Below are positions 40,735 through 54,859 of a stretch of DNA of 64,000 nucleotides, piece by piece. Position 1 is the stretch's first letter, and the number at the start of each line of letters is the position of its first letter. Both the position numbers and the translations under genes were made by a program. Origin of the DNA: Macrostomum lignano (Eukaryota); contig NIVC01001776.1 of assembly GCA_002269645.1 (NCBI GenBank), positions 62,001 through 126,000 on the forward strand. Direction: 5' to 3'. The notes below the pieces were generated by a model. It did no database searches and was not told where the DNA came from. It worked only from the letters and a program-made list of their open reading frames with translations.

Positions 40735-41106
40735 GCCAAGGAGTGCTTGGATGTGACACTGGCCAATGAGTGCTCTATACCTGGATGTGACACCAGCCAA
40801 GGAGTGCTCTATACCTGGATGTGACACCAGCCAAGGAGTGCTCTATACCTGGATGTGACACTGGCCAAGGAGTGCTCTATACCTGGATGTGACACTGGCC
40901 AAGGAGTGCTCTATACCTGGATGTGACACTAGCCAAGGAGTGCTCTATACCTGGATGTGACACTAGCCAAGGAGTGCTCTATACCTGGATGTGACACTGG
41001 CCAAGGAGTGCTCTATACCTGGATGTGACACTGGCCAAGGAGTGCTCTATACCTGGATGTGACACTAGCCAAGGAGTGCTCTATACCTGGATGTGACACT
41101 AGCCAA
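40735..41106 (+). repeat. 34-bp minisatellite (duplicate begins ~63908)
   Basis: GGAGTGCTCTATACCTGGATGTGACACTGGCCAA. Confidence 0.95.
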
Positions 41107-41865
41107 TGAGCCTTCATGCGACCAATTATTCAATAATCGTTTGCACTATTTCAATTCATTGAGAATAATTGATTTGGAAGTAGCAAATTTCCGCTAGACA
41201 AAATAGTTTAAACTAACCCGGGAAAACTGTAACTCCTTGGCCAGTGTACATCCCAGGTACAGAGCTCTCCTTGCATTAGAATAGGAAAAACATGAGTCTG
41301 GTGTGCTGTCACCTGCACTCAAGCAACAATACATAACGCTCGCATTGCACTCTGTTTTACTGTAGCCCAGAATGCATTCACGCGGGTGAAAGACGAGGAA
41401 GCTGGGGACAGATGAAGCGTTACAAGTGGATCAATAATGACTCAGTCAAACCCCGAAGATGCAGGCGATGCAGTCCGGCTTGAGCTGCATTAGAGTTGAG
41501 TAGAAACCAAGATGAGCAGACTTTGACAGAAGAATCATTCGGAAATTCTAGAAGAAATGCATCCAGTATTAAATTTTGCAACTTGATTACTTCGTCTGCA
41601 GCAACTGCGCGGCGAATTACTCTGACTACTCTTTGTAAGCTGCAGTTGCACCATCTGTTCTGCCCTTAAATATACAGTTCCAAGCATCCGTTTTACTTCA
41701 AATAGAAGCCAAGTGCGTCATAATATATCTAGAAAACAGGCCAGCAGAGACAGATGGCCAAGCCTTCTAATTTGCAGGCAGAAGCTTGCTATAGTTAGCT
41801 CTGTAAATGTTTACCCTGTGTAGAGCATAATGTTTCAATCGATCTAAGTAATAACTCGAGGCAAA

Positions 41866-42059
<194 letters not shown>

Positions 42060-45000
42060 GCAGCAGCAGAAACGGCAGTCAGCATCTATAATTCATCAAT
42101 GAATGAGCAGAGCAACTCTCACTACTCCGAGGCCCCCCACTCCAAAGCATGGTAAGGCGGGAATATAAGATCTGAGTAAGAGCTGCTCAGCCGGCAATCT
42201 CACGGATTGAGCCGCAAGCATCGGGCCGGCTTAGCCGCGGCAAATTAGCCCCCTCACTCCCGGATCTGAAAGTCAGCGACCAAACCGCCCCCCCCCCCAA
42301 AAACGGTTCAATCGATCGAACGCAGACGGACTGCAGCAATTGGGCGTGATTTATAATGCATTGCGCTTACCCTGTGCGGCATCTCTACAATATATTGTTT
42401 GTACTTAGCTCTGTAACTCTGCCAACATATGCATTGGCGCATGGAAGAATGTTCTCATAGAGGAGATGAGATGAGGTGCACATGAGATACATGAGAGCTA
42501 TAAAAGGGTTGTAGCCTAGTGATTAGAGCGTCGGACTCACGACTTGAAGGTCAGGGGTTCGATTCTCGACTAATCAGGCGGAAATTAGATACACGTGAGA
42601 GACAGGAGACTAATCACATAAAGGAGATGAGATGTACATGAGAGACAGGAGACTAATCAGGTGGAGATGAGATGCAAATGAGAGACAGGAGACTAATCTC
42701 ATAGAGGAGATGAGATGCACATGAGAGACAGGAGACTAATCAGGTGGAGGTGAGATGCACATGAGAGACGGGAGACTAATCTCATAGAGGAGATGGGATG
42801 CACATGAGAGACAGGAGACTAATCAGGTGGAGGTGAGATGCACATGAGAGACGGGAGACTAATATCATAGAGGAGATGGGATGCACATGAGAGACGGGAG
42901 ACTAATCTCATAGAGGAGATGGGATGCACATGAGAGACGGGAGACTAATCTCATAGAGGAGATGAGATGTATTTGAGAGACATGAGACTAATCTCATAGA
43001 GGAGATGAGATGTATTCGAGAGACAGGATACTTATGTCATAGAGGAGATGGGATGCACATGAGAGACGGGAGACTAATCTCATAGAGGAGATGAGATGTA
43101 TTTGAGAGACATGAGACTAATCTCATAGAGGAGATGAGATGTATTCGAGAGACAGGATACTTATGTCATAGAGGAGATGAGATGCACATGAGAGACGGGA
43201 GACTAATCTCATAGAGGAGATGAGATGTATTTGAGAGACATGAGACTAATCTCATAGAGGAGATGAGATGTATTCGAGAGACAGGATACTTATGTCATAG
43301 AGGAGATGAGATGCACATGAGAGACGGGAGACTAATCAGGCGGATATGAGATGTACATGAGAGACTAATCTCATAGAGGAGATGAGATGTATTTGAGAGA
43401 CAGGAGACTAATCTCATAGAGGAGATGAGATGCACATGAGAGACAGGAGACTAATCAGGTGGAGATGAGATGCAAATGAGAGACAGGAGACTAATCAGGT
43501 GGAGATGAGATGTAAATGAGAGACGGGAGACTAATCAGGTGGAGATGAGATGCAAATGAGAGACAGGAGACTAATCAGGTGGAGATGAGATGCAAATGAG
43601 AGACAGGAAACTAATCTCATAGAGGAGATGAGATGCAAATGAGAGACAGGAGACTAATCAGGTGGAGATGAGATGCAAATGAGAGACAGGAGACTAATCA
43701 GGTGGAGATGAGATGCAAATGAGAGACAGGAGACTAATCAGGTGGAGATGAGATGCAAATGAGAGACGGGAGACTAATCAGGTGGAGATGAGATGCAAAT
43801 GAGAGACAGGAGACTAATCAGGTGGAGATGAGATGCAAATGAGAGACAGGAAACTAATCTCATAGAGGAGATGAGATGCAAATGAGAGACAGGAGACTAA
43901 TCAGGTGGAGATGAGATGCACATGAGAGACAGGAGACTAATCAGGTGGAGATGAGATGCAAATGAGAGACAGGAGACTAATCAGGCGGAGATGAGATGTA
44001 GCTACAAGAGAGTGCAGCATCAAGAGCTGACAGCTAGGGCACATAACAAAGAACACAGGCCAGGCCACAGGTAGCTAATCAGTGCTGGCTGCTACCTGCC
44101 GGTCATCAAGCGAATGCCGCCTCGGCGAGCTGGTTTGCTGGCTGACTGCCAAGGCAGTCCTCTGAGGATGCCGCAAGTTTCCTTCGTACAATAAGGTTTC
44201 GTTCGAGCATTTACTACTAGTGCTAGGACAAGGATCAGTAGTATTAATAGCACTATTAGAATAATAACTAATATCATTGTCGCTAGAGCTGCCTTCCTGT
44301 CTGAGCAGTTCAGCGGATGCAACTGGAGTCATAGGCCGGCCCAGAGCCGCTAGAACTTGCCGACGCTGCGATCGAGACCGAGAAGACTTCAATGACGGCA
44401 ACAAAGACTTGGCAGACATATTTAGCAGCTTCAAATATATCCTGCATTTGTCTGCAAGAACTAATCGCTCAACAAATTCTCATCAATGCAGAGGTCGCTG
44501 CTGCTATTTATCGAACTCTCAGCCAATCAGATCAGAGGATAGCGGACACGGAGAGAGAGAGAAAAAAATGATGTTAAACAACTGCGAACAATGCTACTTC
44601 TAGTAGGTAAGTAAAAAATGTCTGTATTTGTCTAAATTCCTATTTTTTTCTGTGTAAATATGTCCTAAGGTTCGAAAATTATGTAATAAACATCTAAATT
44701 TCGACAAGATTCGCAAAATAAATTTTAGCAACTATTTCAAATGAGCAAAAGAGAAAAGTGACAAGACTAAGGTAAACTTGCATAGATGACTGATTAGCAA
44801 AATGACTTGTGGTACCAGTATAAAGAAAACATATTTCAGCAAATAAAAATATTTCCCCTGGCCTGCTAGTCGAGCACCCAGGAATGGTAAAACCAGGCCT
44901 CATCTTCAAACTGTTCCCTATCTGTCAAGCAGGCGCACTTTGGTGTTTATTTATTCCACAGAACGGCTGGGGCCCTGTAGGACAAAGTTTAGCTATCAAA

Positions 45001-45355
45001 GAAGCTCGCCGTCTGGGGCTGGGATCGGGCCAAGGAGATCTTGGAACGAGTATTCTGGCGCAGGATTATCTGGCAAACTTGCGTGTCGCCTTTTACTATT
45101 CGACTTGTCGTATTCAATGTGCTGTTTGGTCAAAACTGTGCTTCTAGTTTAGATTTGGTATTGTGTTATAGATGAGCGTAAAATGTTTAATAATTTCCCT
45201 TGAAACTGACTGACTGACTGACTGACTGACTGACTGACTGACTGGCTGACTGACTGACTGACTGACTGGCTGACTGACTGACTGACTGACTGACTGACTG
45301 ACTAACTGACTGGCTGACTGACTGACTGACTGACTGACTGACTGACTGACTGACT

Positions 45356-45416
<61 letters not shown>

Positions 45417-45809
45417 GCTGGCTGACTGGCTGAGTCTGATTGGCTGACTGACTGACTGACTGACTGACTGACTGACTGACTGACTGACTGGCTGACTGAC
45501 TGACTGACTGACTGACTGACTGACTGACTGACTGACTGACTGACTGACTGACTGGCTGACTCACTGGCTGACTGACTGACTGACTGACTGACTGACTGAC
45601 TGACTGACTGTCTGACTGACTGACTGACTGACTGACTGACTGGCTGACTGACTGACTGACTGACTGACTGACTGACTGACTGACTGACTGACTGACTGGC
45701 TGACTGACTGACTGACTGACTGACTGACTGACTGACTGACTGACTGACTGACTGACTGACTGACTGACTGGCTGACTCACTGGCTGACTGACTGACTGAC
45801 TGACTGACT

Positions 45810-45846
<37 letters not shown>

Positions 45847-45889
45847 GCTGACTGGCTGAGTCTGATTGGCTGACTGACTGACTGACTGG

Positions 45890-45922
<33 letters not shown>

Positions 45923-47182
45923 TGACTGACTGACTGACTGACTGACTGACTGACTGACTGACTGACTGACTGACTGACTGACTGACTGACTGACTGACTG
46001 ACTGACTGACTGACTGACTGACTGACTGACTGACTGACTGACTGACTGGCTGAGCGACTGACTGACTGACTTGAGTGAGTGGGTGACTGACTGACTGACA
46101 AGAGTTGTTGCTCCAGATCCCTGCTAAGGTACACCTTGACCTGGCGGCACCAGAACGGAACATGCGGCAGCCATGTGCGGAGAGGGAGGCTGCGCTTTCC
46201 CCATCAATTCCAGAGGGTGCTGGGGACTTGACTGCCGGGCTGACTGAACCGCTGCGTAAGGCTAATAGCGAGTTATCAAGACTGTGGATAAATGGATGGA
46301 CGCTGTATAAACCAATCCAGTTTGGTTGCTGTGTGCCTTTCCTTTATTATGATTCATGTTGTAGTTTTAGGCTAAGGAATGATAAGCGTTACATAAGAGC
46401 TTAGTCAAAAATGGAAATAAAACATTGGGACAACTTTTATAATTTATACCCTTGAATTGGTTGTCTCTATTAGTATAGGCCATTTCTACTCTACAATCTG
46501 CCACTTCTACTCTACAGTCTGCCATTTCTACTCTACAATCTGCCATTTCTACTCTACAATCTGCCATTTCTACTCTACAATCTGCCACTTCTACTCTACA
46601 GTCTGCCATTTCTACTCTACAATCTGCCACTTCTACTCTAAAATCTGCCATTCTACTGTACAATCTGTCATTTCTATTCTGCAACATGCCACTTCTACTC
46701 TACAATCTGCCATATCTATTTTACAATCTGCCACTTATACTTTACAATCTGCGATTTAACTTTACAATCTGCCATTTTTACTTTACAATCTGCCCCTTCT
46801 ACTTTACAATCTGCCGTATCTATTTTACAATCTGCCATTTTTACTCTACAATCTGCCAGTTCTATTTTACAATCTGCCATATCTACTCGACAATTCGCCA
46901 CTTCTACTCTACAATCTGCCAAATCTATTTTACAATCTGCCACTTAGACTTTACAATCTGCGATTTGACTTTACAATCTGCCATTTTTACTTTACAATCT
47001 GCCACTTCTACTTTACAATCTGCCGTATCTATTTTACAATCTGCCATTTTTACTCTACAATCTGCCACTTACAACTTTACAATCTGCCATATCTACTCGA
47101 CAATTCGCCACTTCTACTTCAAAATCTGCCGTATCTATTTTACAATCTGCCATTTGATTTCTTCGCATCCAATAAGACAAAC

Positions 47183-47482
47183 CTTAGGCATGCTGGAGTC
47201 CAGCTGACGCTGCAGCTGGTCCCTCTCCCGCTGCAGGTCCTCCGCGCGCCGGTGCGACAGACCCAGCTGCTCCTGCGCGTCTCGAAGCGCCTCCGTCAGC
47301 CTGTCGCGCTCATCTAACATGCTGATCATCAGCTGCTCGACGTTGCCAGCTGCCGATAGCTCCTCCTGGGAGAAGTCGCGCTCTCCGCTGCCACCGCCGC
47401 CGCCTTCGCCGTTGCCACCGTCTCCTCCACCAGTAGGCCCGACAATGCCATCCTCAACTATGGTGGGCATCACATCGCACAT
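47183..47482 (-). pseudogene. Orphan duplicate of liprin-alpha exon 1
   Basis: Identical to 18135-18434 except one synonymous change (GCA>GCG at 47288). The following intron copy ends at the GATA tract 41866-42059 and no exon 2 follows. Confidence 0.8.
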
Positions 47483-50157
47483 GGCTTTCAGGCTGTTTCT
47501 ATTTCTCACTCTATTTATATGTTTATATCTGTTTGTTTCAACTAGCCTATGTACAGTTTGCTAGTGAGGCCATCCACTTCAGTGTTGCAGAATCTGCAGT
47601 GGCCAACTGCTTGCAATTTGAAGTTGGGCCAGGAATTTTCAGACAGACTGCAGGGCTTAGGCTGAAAATAATTTAAGAATTCGAGCCATGGAATAAAAAA
47701 ACCAGGGACATATCCAATGTCTTTCAAACAAAATAGTACATATAAGATTTTCTATGTGTATTCATTATTCAACATAATAATTAAACTAATGCGAGTTTTT
47801 CAGAAAAAAAGATAAAAAAAATAATGCCTTAAAAATTATGAAATTTATTTATGTGAATTACTAGCTTTTGTGAACTATTTATTCATTTTTAAACTTTGCT
47901 CCTTTCTAAATCAACAAAAAATTTGCAAAAAAACATCATATATCATTAAATTTAAATCAAATAAGACAATTATTTCATAAATTTAGCATGTCTGACAATA
48001 TAGAGACATTAGCAACATGCTGCAACAGTAAGAAAGAATTTTTGAAGAAAATCAAGCAAGTGTTATAACTTTATTTTCTATTTACTAAGATATTAATTAA
48101 AATCAAGAATAAATCAATAGAGTTTTAAAATTTAAACAAGAACATCATAATTTCATAGAAAGGGTAAAACAACATAGATTCTGCTCAGTAATAAAACTCG
48201 CTTGTAGAATTAATAAAAGAGAACACAGATTCATATATATTGTCATTTTTAAAAGCAACAATATCATTTATCATATGTATCAGTTCTATCTATCCACTAT
48301 GACTTTCAACTATAAACTGCCATTGGCATTTGTTTGCAGAAAAACAAATCAATGAATATTATAAGCGATGCTTTATAAGCTGCACTGCAGAAGACTTTGA
48401 TATATTCCAAATTATATTTTCTGTTATGTAGCATAGTACTCTTCATAGAATTAGTTGGAATAAATTGTAGGGCCTAAAACTTAATTGATTAAATTCACAA
48501 TAAATAAGCTTGATAAACTCATACAAATTATTTAAATACTTAATAAACATACCTATAATTGAACAAATCAAGCAATGTACAAGGGAATTTCATTTTTGAT
48601 ACACCCTAAAGGCAATTATTCGGTTTTTTAGATTTTGCAACAAAAAGGGCAATGTTAAAAATAAAACGCACTAAAAAACTCACAAAAATTTTCTATCAAA
48701 ACTAAATTATAGACCCAAGCATTATATATAGATCTAATCTCTAGAGAATGATAAACTCAGCTCACATAAATAAGCCTTGAAATTTCGAAAGATCTAAATT
48801 AAAAAACTATTTTCAGTAATTTTGAATTTTCGCAAATAATTTATTACCGTTTCGAGAATGAACTTTCTGAAGTTTAAACTATTGTTTAATAAAAGTGAAT
48901 TGGTTAACAGTCAGAGGTCAGAGCGGTAATGTAGAAAGAAGCATTATTTTTTATTTTTTTCTGACATCTAATTAGGGCAATTGTTTTCTTTAACTTTGCT
49001 TTTTGTATAATCTAGCAACTCACGGTGTTGCAATTCTTACAACGGCAGCAGCTATTAAAACTAATACTGTTTATATTTTTGACTAATAGATAATAAGAAA
49101 CTGTAAAAATATCTATTTTTTGTTGTTAAAAATAACTTTACAATAAAAAAGCAAAATAAGTGCACACTATTTGTGTCAGAGAATAAATTTAATTGCAAGT
49201 TTATATCCGTAGTTAATTACAATTAAGTTTTCAATTTCAATATACAATTGTCTATATATATATATATTTCAGGTACTAATCATGGCATGGTGTATTACTT
49301 TTAGCTCGTTTTTTATTCAGTTATCAAAGATATTCAGAAAATGTTTGAATGTTTCCGAAATATTTAACTGGCTACATTATAACTACAATGCCAAGAAGCA
49401 GGAAGTGACCTTTTTAAATTTGTACTTATAAGTTTGAATAAGTCAAGACAATGACATGCCTTTTAGTTTGTGGAAAGTTTTCAGCCCCCCCATTACTAAA
49501 AATTTAGTTATAATCTTCTTCCTGAATAGGTTGCCAAAATTATCAGTGATAAAAGTGTTTAAATAAATGAAATTCAAAGCTCTTAAATTTTTTTCTAATA
49601 TTATCATTGATAGAGATTTGGTTTTGATAGAGACTTAAGGGCTAGAACCTAGAACTAAGGGACTGATAATTGGCTTTAGTTCTTCTAGCTTTTTAGAAGA
49701 GTTAGGTACTGCAACTGGATTCTTAATTGGTATTAATCATAATATATTTTGCTTTTTTATTGCTAAAATCTTGCATGTACACAATCCTAAATGCAATGAA
49801 AATTAGGATTGTGTTTATAAAAAATAATTTTCTTAAACTAATTTCTGCAGGAAAGTAATTTTTTATCTTAATCAAATCATTAAATATAGAAATGTTTTAA
49901 ATGAATCAGATAAAACAAATTATTGCTTATCTATCTTGTTTATTGTTTATTAGCTTAATATTTAATATTTTTTGTTTTAGTTTTTAAATATGTTTTCAGA
50001 TTAGGCCTAGCTTTCATATAATGAATATAATGAATAGTAGTAATAGCAAATAATTTTTATGATTGTAATTTTTACATTTGCAATATTTGCCTATTCTAAT
50101 TTCATGATATTGTGCTAAATATTGTCACAAAAATTGTGACTTAGCCATCCTTCAGCC

Positions 50158-53100
50158 ATGTATAGTGAAGGAACTCCACAGCCAATGTATGAAGAGGATG
50201 TGCAGCAAAAGAAGCTAAAGTAAGTGGTTTAAAATACTTTATTATTGATGAAATTCATAAAATAATTAAGTTATAAAATAATTATTTCAGACCAATTCTG
50301 CTGCGAAACAGGCCTCTCTATGCTAAGATGATCATGTTCCTAGTGGCTATGTTTGCATTTGTAAGTTGAATTCAAATATTTGCATTTTCTCTATTTCTAA
50401 TTACACCAAACATTGCTTCGTAATGCTCTGCAGTGCCTCGGCGGCTCCCTAGTGGCCATCGGGGTGTACATTCAGCTGGACCGCGGCTTCATCTCCGAGA
50501 TCATTGGCAGTGTGGTGGCCCTGGCCGCTGCTTACCTGTGCATTGTTGCCGGCTTTCTTATTGCTTTCGTCGGCCTGCTGGGCGCCTACGGAGCTCACAA
50601 GCTGAACAAGGCCTGTCTGATCGCCTTTCTGGTCATCATGCTGGTGCTCACCCTGGTCACCTTTGTTGGCAGCCTGCTGGCTGTGATATTCAGGGCCACG
50701 GTGATCCAGACTGCCAAGGACACCATGAGCTACTCGCTCACCATTCACTATGGCAAGACGCGGCTCATCACGGAATCTTGGGATGCCATCCAGGTTGGTC
50801 TAGTGATCCTTTATGCTTGAGTAGTGCTGCTTTTAACTCTGTCACACTGAGTGTCTGATAAGTTAGATTTGAGAGTCTAATCTATCAGATTTGAGAGTCT
50901 GTTCTATCAGGTTTGAGAGTCTGACCTATCAGATTGAGATTCTGATCTATCAGATTTGAGAGTCTGATCTATCACATTTGAGAGTCCGGTCTATCAGATT
51001 GAGTCTGATCTATCAGATTTGAGAGTCTGACCTATCAGATTTGAGAGTCTGACCTATCAGATTTGAGAGTCTGACCTATCAGATTGAGTCTGATCTATCA
51101 GATTTGAGATTCTGACCTATCAGATTGAGTCTGATCTATCAGATTTGAGATTCTGACCTATCAGATTGAGTCTGATCTATCAGATTTGAGATTCTGACCT
51201 ATCAGATTGAGTCTGATCTATCAGATTTGAGATTCTGACCTATCAGATTGAGTCTGATCTATCAGATTTGAGATTCTGACCTATCAGATTGAGTCTGATC
51301 TATCAGATTTGAGATTCTGACCTATCAGATTTGAGAGTCTGACCTATCAGATTTGAGATTCTGATCTATCAGATTGAGTCTGATCTATCAGATTTGAGAT
51401 TCTGATCTATCAGATTGAGTCTGATCTATCAGATTTGAGATTCTGACCTATCAGATTTGAGATTCTGATCTATCAGATTGAGTCTGATCTATCAGATTTG
51501 AGATTCTGACCTATCAGATTGAGTCTGATCTATCAGATTTGAGATTCTGACCTATCAGATTGAGTCTGATCTATCAGATTTGAGATTCTGACCTATCAGA
51601 TTTGAGAGTCTGACCTATCAGATTTGAGATTCTGATCTATCAGATTGAGTCTGATCTATCAGATTTGAGATTCTGATCTATCACATTTGAGAGTCCGGTC
51701 TATCAGATTGAGTCTGATCTATCAGATTTGAGAGTCTGACCTATCAGATTTGAGAGTCTGACCTATCAGATTTGAGAGTCTGACCTATCAGATTTGAGAT
51801 TCTGATCTATCAGATTGAGTCTGATCTATCACATTTGAGAGTCCGGTCTATCAGATTGAGTCTGATCTATCAGATTTGAGAGTCTGACCTATCAGATTTG
51901 AGAGTCAGATCTATCAGATTTGAGAGTCAGATCTATCAGATTTGAGAGTCTGACCTATCAGATTTGAGAGTCCGGTCTATCAGATTTGAGAGTCTGATCT
52001 ATCAGATTTGAGATTCTGACCTATCAGATTTGAGAGTCTGACCTATCAGATTTGAGAGTCAGATCTATCAGATTTGAGAGTCAGATCTATCAGATTTGAG
52101 AGTCTGACCTATCAGATTTGAGAGTCCGGTCTATCAGATTTGAGAGTCTGATCTATCAGATTTGAGATTCTGACCTATCAGATTTGAGAGTCTGATCTAT
52201 CAGATTTGAGAGTCTGATCTATCAGATTTGAGAGTCTGATCTATCAGATTTGAGAGTCTGACCTATCAGATTTGAGAGTCAGATCTATCAGATTTGAGAG
52301 TCAGATCTATCAGATTTGAGAGTCTGACCTATCAGATTTGAGAGTCCGGTCTATCAGATTTGAGAGTCTGATCTATCAGATTTGAGATTCTGACCTATCA
52401 GATTTGAGAGTCTGACCTATCAGATTTGAGAGTCAGATCTATCAGATTTGAGAGTCAGATCTATCAGATTTGAGAGTCTGACCTATCAGATTTGAGAGTC
52501 CGGTCTATCAGATTTGAGAGTCTGATCTATCAGATTTGAGATTCTGACCTATCAGATTTGAGAGTCTGATCTATCAGATTTGAGAGTCTGATCTATCAGA
52601 TTTGAGAGTCTGATCTATCAGATTTGAGAGTCTGGTCTATCAGATTTGAGAGTCTGATCTATCAGATTTGAGAGTCTGGTCTATCAGATTTGAGAGTCCG
52701 GTCTATCAGATTTGAGAGTCTGGTCTATTAAATTTGAGATTCCGATCTACCAGACTTTGAAGTCCAACCTATCACGCTCATATTATGCATTCAAAACAAT
52801 CCCGAGAGTCCAGCTCAGTGGTTGAGCAATTCCCAAGTGCCCCCCTCGCAACCATCGCAGACGCACCTTCGCTGCTGCGCGGTGGACAGCAACGGCTGGC
52901 AGCTGTACATCGGCAGCCAGTGGGACCTGATGGTCAACGCCGATGCGCGCAACCTCGGCTCCAGAATTCCTCAATGGTCGCCGCTGTACAAATTCGTGCC
53001 CGAGTCCTGCTGCCTCAGCCTCATCGACCCGCGCACCCTGTGGCCCAGCGGCAAAGTCAGGAACAAGGAGCAGTGCCAGTACTTCCCCTATGGCCCGCCC

Positions 53101-54859
53101 AACAAGCTTAGCGGAGCGTTCAACGATGCCGTTAACTATAAGGTGAGTACCCCGGTTTCGGAAAATCCTATATTTCTACTGACAGTAGTTTGTTTTTATT
53201 CCTGTATTTCTACTGACAGTAGTTTGTAGGTATTTTTAATCCTATAATCCTATATTTCTAGTGACAGTAGTTTGTAGCAGTTTTTATTCCTGTATTTCTA
53301 CTGACAGTAGTTTGTAGCAGTTTTATCACAACTTTCTACCCCTTTTCACGCACACGTGCAGGGCTGCTTCCAAGCCGGAGCGGAGGTGATGGGCTTTTAC
53401 AGCAACTTCCTGGGCTACATTGGATTCTCTCTGTTCATCATTATGGTGAGAATTTGAGCTCACAATTATTAAACATAGTTGTTTTATATTAATTCGATAT
53501 TATCTATTTAAGATTTAAGATTTTTTAAAGTTCCATGCGTCAAATTTTTGCATTGAAACTTTTCTCACAACATTGCTGATTCACATATTCTGATTTATAG
53601 CCTCTGTAGTGCCAGACTATATGTTCACACATTTTTAGTTCACAGACCTAGCGTTCACATATTTTCCATTCACAGATTCTTTATTCACCAAATGAGCATT
53701 CACTGAATCCGGATTCACATATTTCTCATTCACAGACGTCTGTCTGACAGATTCTGCATTCACTGATTACACATTCACAGATTCTGATTTACAGGTTTCA
53801 CAGTCACAAACTCCACATTTACATATTCTGCCATTCACAGATCCTGTATTCACTGATTACACATTCACAGATTCTGATTTACAGGTTTCACAGTCACAAA
53901 CTCCACATTTACATATTCCGCCGTTCACATATCCTGTATTCACTGATTACACATTCACAGATTCTGATTTAAAGTTTTAGCTACCACAGGTTCTGTGTAT
54001 TAACAAATATCACATTCACAGACCCGCTCTGTAGTCCCAGCGTCCTTATTAACATGTGCCGCACTTACAGATTCCATATTCATAGATTTCTATTTCGTGA
54101 ATGAAGATTCACTGGTACATTAAAGCTATAATCCTTCTCCTCAAAGAAGTTTCAAATTTGAAATTTCAACAGCTTCACTAATAAACACTGGAATTGTCTG
54201 ATGAGAATATCAGATGGTGAAAATAAGCCTTTGACATTTCCCTATGCCCTCCAGATAATTGGCATCATCAGCAGTTTGGCCCTGATCGTCACTATTAACA
54301 AGGACATGAAGATGGTACGTAAGCAGGCGGGCAAGGACTATCGGATGCCCGGAGGCGGCGGCTATTGAGCTCGAATGATTGACCTTTGTTTTTCCTGACA
54401 AAATAATTACCTTCTTTGTGCGTGCGCTCCTGTCAGTCCTATTATTACTATTATTGCTTAAATAAAAATAATTGCAGCCCTGTAAAACTTTGACCTTAAT
54501 GTCTTATTTAAGCTTGTTTTACCGTTAGCAGTGAGATAGTGCATCTAATCGAGTGTGTTTGACTTAAGCTGCTTACACTGTATGTGGAATTTAAGCATAG
54601 GATTATTTGTTTGAATGCAAAATTAGACTTAAATTAGATTAATAGTCTATGGCCACAAGACTACTCGTATATATTGATTTTCCTGCGCAAAGCCAGCGGG
54701 CACGAGACCACCAGCTTCACGCCCGCCCAGACTGTTGTCTATGGCAAATCCTCACTGGGTGCTGCGCGAACAGAAACTATGCTTGGCCATAGACAGTTAG
54801 GGACCCTCAGGTCTCTCCAGCACCCCCTCTGTTTCAGCAGTGTAATTGAAATCAAGTAG
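50158..54859 (+). CDS. Tetraspanin, copy 2 (intact)
   Basis: Exons 50158-50219, 50291-50360, 50434-50793, 52861-53142, 53362-53445, 54255-54318, 54693-54859. Same frames as copy 1 with a few substitutions (Q>R in exon 2; N>S and F>S in the last exon). Confidence 0.9.

Noticed and set aside
41300-41810. Additional GPCR exon that would put the liprin fusion in frame
   Set aside because: The minus-strand frames I read from candidate acceptors all hit stops and show no GPCR motifs.
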